Shown here: positions 56,647 through 64,000 of the stretch, piece by piece
Layout: every line of letters starts with the position of its first letter
How positions within the stretch are numbered: position 1 is the first letter of the stretch
Assembly (NCBI GenBank): GCA_963666835.2
Contig: CAXXGO010000005.1
Coordinates: 160,001 to 224,000 of the forward strand
From: Phycisphaerae bacterium
GTDB lineage: Bacteria; Planctomycetota; Phycisphaerae; UBA1845
Reading direction: 5' to 3'
Length of the DNA: 64,000 nucleotides
The notes under the pieces: generated by a model
Seen by the model: only the letters and a program-made list of their open reading frames with translations
The model's database searches: none
Told to the model about the DNA's origin: nothing
Program-made: the position numbers and the translations under genes

Positions 56647-57582
56647 ATGGCGAATGTAATGGTGACCGGCGGGGCCGGGTTCATCGGATCTCATCTGGCG
56701 ACGAAGTTCGTGGAGCTGGGGCACCGGGTACGCGTGTTCGATAACTTCTCCACCGGGCATCGAGAGAACCTCAGTCATCTGGGGGATTCCGTGGAGATCA
56801 TGGAGGCTGATCTGCGTAATCCGGCCGAATGCGCTGCGGCTTGCGCCGATATGGAATTCGTGTTCCACGAGGCGGCGATTCCCTCCGTCCCGAAATCGGT
56901 GGAGGATCCCCAGGCCAGCCATGATGCCAACGTCACCGGCACGTTCAACATGCTTCGCGCCGCCCAGCAGAGCGGAGTGCGCCGGTTCATCTATGCTGCG
57001 AGCAGCTCAGCTTACGGTGACACGGAAGAGTCACCCAAGCACGAAGACATCACCCCGGCGCCGCTGAGTCCCTATGCCGTCCAGAAGCTGGCCGGAGAGC
57101 ATTACGCCCGGGCGTTTTTCGAGTGCTATGGCTTGGAGACCGTTTCGCTAAGGTATTTCAACGTTTTCGGCGCGCGGCAAGATCCGAATAGTCAGTACGC
57201 GGCCGTTATCCCGGCCTTCATTACGGCGATTCTGCGTGGGACGCCGCTTACCGTATACGGTGATGGTGAGCAGACTCGCGATTTTTCGTTCATCGAGAAC
57301 GTCGTACACGGCAACGTTCTGGCCATGCAGGCCGAGCGGACCGCGGGCGAATCCGTTAACGTGGCCTGCGGAGACCGGATTAGTGTCAATACGGTTGTCC
57401 GGGAAATCAACCGGTTGTTGGGTACGTCTGTGGAGCCCTGCTATGTTGACCCCCGCCCGGGCGATGTAAAACACTCCTGCGCCGATATTCGGCGGGCCGG
57501 GGAGCTTCTGGGGTACAAGCCGTTAGTGTCGTTCGATGACGGGTTGCGGCAAGTTGTCGACCACTACCGATCGATCACCTAA
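56647..57582 (+). CDS. NAD-dependent nucleotide-sugar epimerase (UDP-GlcNAc/Glc 4-epimerase-like SDR)
   Basis: TGGAGFIGSH, SVPKSVEDP, SSSAYG, SPYAVQK, LRYFNVFG, GDGEQTRDF. Confidence 0.92.
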   Translation: MANVMVTGGAGFIGSHLATKFVELGHRVRVFDNFSTGHRENLSHLGDSVEIMEADLRNPAECAAACADMEFVFHEAAIPSVPKSVEDPQASHDANVTGTFNMLRAAQQSGVRRFIYAASSSAYGDTEESPKHEDITPAPLSPYAVQKLAGEHYARAFFECYGLETVSLRYFNVFGARQDPNSQYAAVIPAFITAILRGTPLTVYGDGEQTRDFSFIENVVHGNVLAMQAERTAGESVNVACGDRISVNTVVREINRLLGTSVEPCYVDPRPGDVKHSCADIRRAGELLGYKPLVSFDDGLRQVVDHYRSIT

Positions 57583-57650
57583 CCGAAGACGCGGGTACCG
57601 TAGTATGACGTAGGCCTGCCGGTTCCGACCATCCGCCGGATCATGATCCC

Positions 57651-58883
57651 ATGTTCTCACTTCTGCTGACCGAAGCTGTACTGTTCCCTGAGCTGCCCGT
57701 GGTGACGCACCCGGCCGGCATTCTGGCCGTTCTTATGACGGTCCTGGCGGTCATCTTCTGGCTGGCGCAACACCCGGTCACGGGGCGTTTCTTCAAGATC
57801 GTTCCATCGCTGGTGTTTTGCTATTTCGTGCCCACGTTGTTGACGACGACCGGGGTCATTCCCGAGAAGTCGGAGCTGTACACGTGGATCAAGGACTTTT
57901 TGCTGCCGGCGAGTTTGCTTCTGCTGATTCTCGCTCTGGACGTACCGGGGATTCTGCGGCTGGGGCCTAAGGCGGTAGTTATGCTGCTGGCGGGTACGGT
58001 GGGGGTGGTGATCGGCGGCCCGATCTCGCTGCTGATCTGCAAGGGAGTTCTGCCGGACGACGCATGGCAGGGGATGGCGGCGTTGGCGGGTAGTTGGATC
58101 GGCGGCGGGGCCAACTTCGTCGCTCTCGGGCAGATTGCCGGGACCAGTGACGAGATGATGGGTCTGATGGTGATCCCGGATGTGTTTGTGGCCAACATCT
58201 GGATGGGGTTGCTGCTTTACCTTTCAGCGCACCAGACGGTGATTGACCGGGCTACGGGGGCGAACGCCGAGGCCATCCGAGATCTCGAACGGCGGATGGC
58301 GGATTTCCAACAGCGCACCAACCGGGTCAGTACGCTTCCCGATCTGATTATGATCCTGGCGCTGGGGTTAACGGGAAGTTGGCTGAGCTTCAAGGCGGGT
58401 CTTATTCTGCCGGAACTCGGAACGGAGAGCAGCGGAACGATCATCTCACATACGACGTGGAAGTACATCTTGATAACCACCGCAGGTATAGTCCTGTCGT
58501 TCACCAGGGCTCGCAACCTGGAAGGGGCGGGGGCGTCCAAGATCGGCTCCGTGATGATCTACCTGCTGGTCGCGTGTATCGGAGCCGGAGCGAACTTCCA
58601 TAAGATCGTGGATGCGCCGTGGTTTCTCGTTATGGGGTTCATTTGGATTGCGATACACATTCTTGTATTGCTCGGGGTGGGCTGGCTCATTCGGGCGCCG
58701 CTGTTCTTCGTGGCCGTGGGTTCCCAAGCCAACATCGGCGGAGCGGCCAGCGCTCCAATTGTCGCCGCCGCGTTCCACCCCGCCCTGGCGCCGGTAGGAG
58801 TCCTCCTGGCCGTGGCGGGCTATGTACTGGGCACCTACGCCGGACTGGTCTGCATGCGGTTACTGATGGCGGTCGCAGGGTAG
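57651..58883 (+). CDS. DUF819 family integral membrane protein
   Basis: GSWIGGGANF and GSQANIGGAASAP signature motifs; multiple TM helices. Confidence 0.85.
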   Translation: MFSLLLTEAVLFPELPVVTHPAGILAVLMTVLAVIFWLAQHPVTGRFFKIVPSLVFCYFVPTLLTTTGVIPEKSELYTWIKDFLLPASLLLLILALDVPGILRLGPKAVVMLLAGTVGVVIGGPISLLICKGVLPDDAWQGMAALAGSWIGGGANFVALGQIAGTSDEMMGLMVIPDVFVANIWMGLLLYLSAHQTVIDRATGANAEAIRDLERRMADFQQRTNRVSTLPDLIMILALGLTGSWLSFKAGLILPELGTESSGTIISHTTWKYILITTAGIVLSFTRARNLEGAGASKIGSVMIYLLVACIGAGANFHKIVDAPWFLVMGFIWIAIHILVLLGVGWLIRAPLFFVAVGSQANIGGAASAPIVAAAFHPALAPVGVLLAVAGYVLGTYAGLVCMRLLMAVAG

Positions 58884-58918
58884 GCGGGCGGCAAAGTAAC
58901 GACGGGGTGCGTGCGTTA

Positions 58919-58970
58919 CGATAGGGGTAGGGAAGACCGGTTGATTACCCGGTCTCCCCTACCCCTATCG
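58919..58970. terminator. Long inverted repeat between convergent genes (terminator- or REP-like)
   Basis: CGATAGGGGTAGGGAAGACCGG ... CCGGTCTCCCCTACCCCTATCG, about 22-bp stem with one mismatch; no U-tract. Confidence 0.55.
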
Positions 58971-59121
58971 CACTGGGATGCCTGCGTTAGATGCAGGATG
59001 TCGGCTCCTTGACCCGGCCAACGGAGTCGGACGAATGCGCTCGGTTTGCACGGCGAAGATGCGCAGAACGATGAGGGCTTAAGCCGACCGGCAGCCGCTT
59101 CGTGCGTTGCGGACTGCGGTG

Positions 59122-60561
59122 CTATTTCTTGCGGCCGCGTCGCTTCTTGCGGCGGTCTTTTTTGCTGACGGTACGGCGGGTGGCGGTGGTTTTGCCTTTC
59201 AGTTTGGGCATGCCGCCGCCTTCCGTCATCATCTTTGTTAGCCGGCTGCCCATGCGCATTCGTTGCATGAGGGATTGGCCCGACATGGCCTTCATCATGT
59301 TGCGCATGGGCTCGAACTGCTTGACGAGCTGGCTGACGTCGGACGGATCGCACCCGGCGCCGCGGGCGATGCGCCGGCGGCGGGACGTATCAATAATCTT
59401 CGGATTGGCCCGCTCTTTGGGCGTCATGGAGAGGATGGCCGCCTCCATCCGGTCGAACTCGCTCTCGTCCACTTCCATGTCGCCGGCCATCTCACCCATG
59501 CCCGGCATCTTCTTGAGCAGGTCCTTCATGGAGCCCATCTTGCGGACTTTGCGGATCTGCTCGAGGAAGTCGTCGAGGGTGAACCGGCCTTTGGCCATCT
59601 TGGCCTCGAGCTTGGCGGCCTCGTTCTGGTCGAACTGCTTCTGAGCCTGTTCGACGAGGGTGAGGACGTCGCCCATCCCGAGGATTCGCCCGGCGATGCG
59701 ATCGGGGTGGAATTCCTCGATAGCGTCCATCTTCTCGCCGACGCCGATGAACTTAATGGGCTTCTGCGTAACGTGTTTGACCGATAGCGCCGCACCACCG
59801 CGAGTGTCGCTGTCGAACTTGGTGAGAATGCACCCGTCCAGCTCGAGCCGCTCGTTGAACGACTTGGCGGTGTTTACGGCGTCCTGCCCGGTCATCGCGT
59901 CGAGTACGAGGTAGATCTGATGGGGGCTGGTCGTACTGGCGATCTTGGCGATCTCTTGCATCAACTCGTCGTCAATCGCCAGGCGACCGGCGGTGTCAAG
60001 GATGACAACGTCCCGATCGCTCTTACGGGCCGACTTGATGCCGTTGCGACAGACGCGGACGGCGTTCTGATGGTCGCGCTCGGTGTAGACCGGACAGCCG
60101 ATCTCCTTGCCGAGCACTTCGAGCTGATCGATGGCCGCCGGACGTTTCAGGTCGGCCGCGACCATCAACGGCCGCTTGGCCCGGCCCATCAGCATCTTGG
60201 CCATCTTGGCGCAGGTAGTCGTCTTACCGGAACCCTGCAGACCGGCCATGAGCAGGACGGTCGGACCGGGAGAAACGAAGGGGATCTTCGGATCGACCGG
60301 GCCCATGAGCCGCACGAGCTCGTCATGGACGATCTTGACCATGACGTCGGCGGGCTTGAGGGTGTTAATGACCTCGGCCCCGACGGCTTTCTTGTGGATT
60401 TCGTCGCAGAACTGGCGGGCGACCGGGAGGCTGACGTCTGCTTCCAAGAGGGCGGTGCGGATTTCCCGCATGACCTCGGCAACGTTTTCCTCGGTGATCT
60501 TGCCCCGGCCTCGCAGGCCCTGGAAGATTCCGCCCAATCTACTGGTAAGCGTGTCGAACAT
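59122..60561 (-). CDS. ffh: Signal recognition particle protein Ffh
   Basis: ALLEADV, GLQGSGKTT, DTAGR, TKFD.D.RGG, Met-rich M domain, SRRRRIARG. Confidence 0.97.
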   Translation of the reverse strand: MFDTLTSRLGGIFQGLRGRGKITEENVAEVMREIRTALLEADVSLPVARQFCDEIHKKAVGAEVINTLKPADVMVKIVHDELVRLMGPVDPKIPFVSPGPTVLLMAGLQGSGKTTTCAKMAKMLMGRAKRPLMVAADLKRPAAIDQLEVLGKEIGCPVYTERDHQNAVRVCRNGIKSARKSDRDVVILDTAGRLAIDDELMQEIAKIASTTSPHQIYLVLDAMTGQDAVNTAKSFNERLELDGCILTKFDSDTRGGAALSVKHVTQKPIKFIGVGEKMDAIEEFHPDRIAGRILGMGDVLTLVEQAQKQFDQNEAAKLEAKMAKGRFTLDDFLEQIRKVRKMGSMKDLLKKMPGMGEMAGDMEVDESEFDRMEAAILSMTPKERANPKIIDTSRRRRIARGAGCDPSDVSQLVKQFEPMRNMMKAMSGQSLMQRMRMGSRLTKMMTEGGGMPKLKGKTTATRRTVSKKDRRKKRRGRKK

Positions 60562-60789
60562 AGGAGTATCGTTTTATTGGCGCAGAGCCCGTCGGTCAAG
60601 CGGCGGCGCTTTGGCGGCGAGGGCTACGGGGAGCCGGAACAGGCGGTAGTTTCGTGTCGGTTGGACGCGAAACGTGGTATTCTAGGTGAAAGAGTTTCAA
60701 CCGGAGGCTTATGGAGCCCCGCGGGGCGGCCAAGTGACGGGTGGGGACTCGGATCTTGCGTGGACCCCGGAAAAGTAAGGGAGGCTCGC

Positions 60790-61935
60790 ATGCGTGCTGT
60801 GTTGTTGGGGGCGTGGTTGGTGCTACTCGCGGTGCCGGGGTCTGCAGCCGCTCAGCTTAAGACCTACGAGAGTCCCTATTACGTGATTCACTCCGATTTG
60901 GATGAGGACTCGATCCGCGAGGCGCGTTTGCGCCTCACCGGAATGGCCGAGGAGTACGCCGCGCGGTGCAAGTCGTTTTCCCGCAAGATCACGACTCGAC
61001 TGCCTTTTTACCTGTTCAGCGATCCGGCGGAGTACTATGCCGCCGGGGCTCCGCGGGGTTCCGCGGGCGTGTATACCGGTGACAGGCTCATGGCAATTGT
61101 GAATGGCGATTCGACCAGGATGTGGAGAACGGTTCAGCATGAAGGCTTCCACCAGTACGTACACGCGGTCATTGGCGGAGACATCCCCGTGTGGGTGGAC
61201 GAGGGGCTGGCCGAGTACTTCGAAGAGGCGGTCTTCACCGGTGATGCGATGATCTCCGGTTTGATCCCGCAGCATCGTCTGGCTCGGGTGCGCCGGATGA
61301 TTCAGAGCGGGCAGTGCAAAAGCGTACCGGAGATGATGCTGTTGCATCGCGATGTCTGGAATCGGGAGATTAGCTACGTCAACTACGACCAAGCCTGGTC
61401 GATGATTCACTTTCTGGCCCATGCCGGCGGCGGCAAGTATCAGAAACGACTCGACGATTTCATTCGCGACGTCGGCCATAAAGGGCTGACGTGGGAGCAG
61501 GCGTGGTTGCGGAGTTTCGGCGCGGACACTGCGGCGTTCGAGCGAGCTTGGCGCGAGTATTGGCTTGGTCTGCCGGAGCACCCTACGGCTCGGCGATATG
61601 CGCGGGCCGAAGTCGCTGTTCTGAACAGTTTTCTGGCGCGAGCGCACAGTCAGGGGCAGTCGTTCAAGGACTTTGATGACTTCATCTCCGCCGCGGAGGC
61701 GGATAATCTCAAGGCTCATCGCGAAGACTGGCTGCCGTTTTCGCTTCTGCACCCTCTCTTGGGCAAGATCCGGACGCTGGGGCAGTGGTCTCTTGATGCC
61801 GAGGGCCGTAAGCCGCCGCGGTTGATCCGCGTATTGCCGGATGGAACGCGGCTGACCGGATCATCCGTCGTCAAAAAGGGACGGGTGTTGAAAGCTGAGG
61901 TCAGAGTTCACCCCGGCAACGTCCGCCGACGGTAG
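60790..61935 (+). CDS. Secreted DUF1570-like HExxH protein
   Basis: Signal peptide MRAVLLG...AAA; QHEGFHQ; PVWVDEGLAEYFE; YDQAWSMIHFL; GGGAGG RBS. Confidence 0.8.
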   Translation: MRAVLLGAWLVLLAVPGSAAAQLKTYESPYYVIHSDLDEDSIREARLRLTGMAEEYAARCKSFSRKITTRLPFYLFSDPAEYYAAGAPRGSAGVYTGDRLMAIVNGDSTRMWRTVQHEGFHQYVHAVIGGDIPVWVDEGLAEYFEEAVFTGDAMISGLIPQHRLARVRRMIQSGQCKSVPEMMLLHRDVWNREISYVNYDQAWSMIHFLAHAGGGKYQKRLDDFIRDVGHKGLTWEQAWLRSFGADTAAFERAWREYWLGLPEHPTARRYARAEVAVLNSFLARAHSQGQSFKDFDDFISAAEADNLKAHREDWLPFSLLHPLLGKIRTLGQWSLDAEGRKPPRLIRVLPDGTRLTGSSVVKKGRVLKAEVRVHPGNVRRR

Positions 61936-61978
61936 CACGCATGCGTGCGACGGACGTAAGCGGCTCTGATGGCCGCAC

Positions 61979-62000
61979 GTAACGCAGGCTTCCAGCCTAC
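61979..62000. repeat. REP-like family 2 copy
   Basis: GTAACGCAGGCTTCCAGCCTAC between convergent genes. Confidence 0.65.
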
Positions 62001-62046
62001 CTCCTTGCGAGAGAAGAGGTTTCGAACGCCCTTTCCAGAAACGGCA

Positions 62047-64000
62047 CTATGGGCAGGCTGCGGGGTCGCTGAACGAATACGCGAGCCCCTTGAAGCCGTT
62101 TACGACCTGCATAACGTCGCTCATATTGACAACTTGGTTGGGAATCTCGGGATCAATGTCCACCCAGAAGAGCGGTGGAGCAGTCGGAGCGGCTTTGAAG
62201 TACTGAATAACACCCATGATGTCGTCCATGCTCACCACTCCATTGGGAACGTCCCACTCGGTTCCCGTGAAGGGCCCGGCAACGTCGGCCCATTTCTTGG
62301 GAGTAGGCTCCTCGACGGTGGTTAGCTCTGCAGGATCGCTGAAGAACACGGCGTCTATGGTAGATCGAATGGAGTACGTTGCGGCCGGGACCACTTCGCA
62401 ATCGGCGACGTGGACCAGGGCGGGCCAATCATCTGCGTATCGTGGTTCTGAGACTATCGGGGCGATGTTGTCGGCGTCCGGTTCGCCGATCCAACCGACC
62501 ACCCCGGTGGATCCCGGAAAGTGTGTGCTGGAGGTCATCTCCACCTGGAACGCCACATAGTCGTTATTGTTGGGCAGGAACGACAGGTAGCGGTTGCACG
62601 GTACATCATACGGGGCTTCGGCCGGCAGGGGGGCGTTCAGTTCGAGAGGAACCTCGACTACCGAGGTCCGCAGAATCCACTCGTCCGGATCCAACTCCAG
62701 CTCAGTTACCTCGCCGGTGACGGGGACGGAGAACCCCTGGTCACGCTGGTCATTCCAGACGGTAATGGTCTGGGGGCTGCCGTCGATGGTTGCAGCGAAT
62801 TCTATCGGGGATACAAAGACCTCGGGGTAGCTGGGGTCTTGTACCTGGCGGACCTGGATGAGAAGAGCTTGCCGGTCGTCTGTCGTGGAAGTTGTCCAAC
62901 CGAATTCATACGCCGGGGCTCCGATCTGGTACACCCATTGGTCGAAGAACCAGGTAAGGTCCGAGCCGTAGGCGGCCGAAGCCACTGCAACGAAGTCGTC
63001 AGTGGTAGCGGCCGAGAAGGCGTAGGCGGCACGGTAGTCCGCGAGAATGTCGAAGAACACGCCGTCTCCCACAAGGTGACGCAGTTGATGCAAGACCCAA
63101 GCTGCTTTGTTGTAGCTGAAGTTGGTGTTCAGGATGCGCGCAAAGGCGAGCTGCTCTTCAGGGATGTACACGGATCCGTTCACATTAGTAGGCTTGCGAG
63201 CCTGAATCCTGGCGAAATACGCCGCCGGATCTGACGTGCCGCTTTCGAATTCCTTCCAAAGGCACTCGCTGTACGAAGCGAAGCCCTCATTCAGCCAAAT
63301 GTCGCTCCACGTCTTGCACGTAATCATGTCTCCCCACCATTGGTGGGACAACTCGTGCGCGGTGAGGATCTCGTCGAACGACCCTTGTCCGGTCATGGTT
63401 TGATGCTCCATGCCGCCGCCGTATGGGAAGAAGTAGATTCCGTATTTCTCGTCGATGAAGGGGTATTCCCCGTACAGAGAGGTGTAGACGTCGAGCATGT
63501 CCGTAACCCGTTCCCACGCCGCACGGTTCGCCGGAGTGTCGTTCCACTGATAGATAAAGAACTGAACGGGCATGGTGCCGCCCGGGTGGGTGTAGTCGAT
63601 TGTCCACGTGTTGTACTCGGTGGCCGCGAAACTCACGAGATAGCTGGCGATGGGGTAGTCCGTAGCCCAGTTGAATCGGGCCCGGCCGCCCGAGAGGGCG
63701 TCCACGCTTTGGAGCAGCCCGTTCGAGGGAACGGTCAGGTTACCCGGTACGGTGATTGAGAACTCCAGAGTGGCCTTGTCGGACTTGTCGCCCGGGGTGT
63801 TGACGTCGTCATCCTTGGAAGGCCACCAAGTGTATGCGTAATACGGTTGGCTGAGTGACGAGACTACCGGAGCACCGCCGATTTGAGTGGTTACGTCGAT
63901 CGAGCCGAAGCCCATCGACACGGTAGTGCCGGTGTACTCGATAGTCAGAGTGAACTCCTCGCCGATTCCGTACGCCCGATCCAGAGTCGCGACCCGCGTG
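62047..64000 (-). CDS. M1 family zinc aminopeptidase with a C-terminal dockerin-like module; 5' end lies beyond the window
   Basis: GGMEH exopeptidase motif, HELSHQWWG...WLNEGFA; frame stays open to the window edge. Confidence 0.92.
   Translation of the reverse strand, partial: TRVATLDRAYGIGEEFTLTIEYTGTTVSMGFGSIDVTTQIGGAPVVSSLSQPYYAYTWWPSKDDDVNTPGDKSDKATLEFSITVPGNLTVPSNGLLQSVDALSGGRARFNWATDYPIASYLVSFAATEYNTWTIDYTHPGGTMPVQFFIYQWNDTPANRAAWERVTDMLDVYTSLYGEYPFIDEKYGIYFFPYGGGMEHQTMTGQGSFDEILTAHELSHQWWGDMITCKTWSDIWLNEGFASYSECLWKEFESGTSDPAAYFARIQARKPTNVNGSVYIPEEQLAFARILNTNFSYNKAAWVLHQLRHLVGDGVFFDILADYRAAYAFSAATTDDFVAVASAAYGSDLTWFFDQWVYQIGAPAYEFGWTTSTTDDRQALLIQVRQVQDPSYPEVFVSPIEFAATIDGSPQTITVWNDQRDQGFSVPVTGEVTELELDPDEWILRTSVVEVPLELNAPLPAEAPYDVPCNRYLSFLPNNNDYVAFQVEMTSSTHFPGSTGVVGWIGEPDADNIAPIVSEPRYADDWPALVHVADCEVVPAATYSIRSTIDAVFFSDPAELTTVEEPTPKKWADVAGPFTGTEWDVPNGVVSMDDIMGVIQYFKAAPTAPPLFWVDIDPEIPNQVVNMSDVMQVVNGFKGLAYSFSDPAACP

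Noticed and set aside
59920..60789. First ~290 aa of the 671-aa plus-strand ORF
   Set aside because: Mostly an antisense shadow of ffh; the real start is the RBS-preceded signal peptide at 60790.
60562..60789. SRP RNA (ffs) next to ffh
   Set aside because: The conserved CAGG..GGAA..AGCAG helix-8 motif is absent.

Overview
GC-rich bacterial window. The gene content (DUF1570 protein, PQQ-like propeller, ECF sigma factor, dockerin-like tails, spd-type EF-G) suggests an anaerobic Planctomycetota/Phycisphaerae-like organism; this is inference. Left part (1-14.8 kb): a truncated lysyl-endopeptidase-like gene and a complete minus-strand H2 operon: rex - hydC - hydB - hydA (trimeric group A3-type [FeFe]-hydrogenase) - sensory [FeFe]-hydrogenase/histidine kinase fusion - receiver - hybrid kinase - hydE - hydG - hydF, behind a near-consensus sigma70 promoter overlapped by two tandem Rex boxes. 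Middle (19.6-35.3 kb) is the main novelty: a cassette array resembling a polymorphic toxin locus. One full-length membrane-anchored Cys-rich protein ends in a metzincin (HExxHxxGxxH + GLM) domain. Downstream lie two headless alternative C-terminal cassettes that start at the same homologous position and diverge after a shared MLTVWRKLHxExDSM motif, plus a vestigial fourth tail. Five divergent secreted partner paralogs are interleaved, one split by an IS1595 element with TIRs and an 8-bp target duplication. A conserved 21-bp-stem hairpin marks three cassette junctions, and an Rhs-core remnant lies at the island end. Right part: CBS protein, a 6S-like structured RNA candidate, thrC, a sugar-modification cluster, an S8 protease and an M1 aminopeptidase sharing a ~190-aa C-terminal module, fusA, lipoproteins, an epimerase, DUF819, ffh, DUF1570, and several REP-like palindrome families. 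No rRNA, tRNA or CRISPR array was seen. All calls come from motif recognition by eye; no database searches were run.
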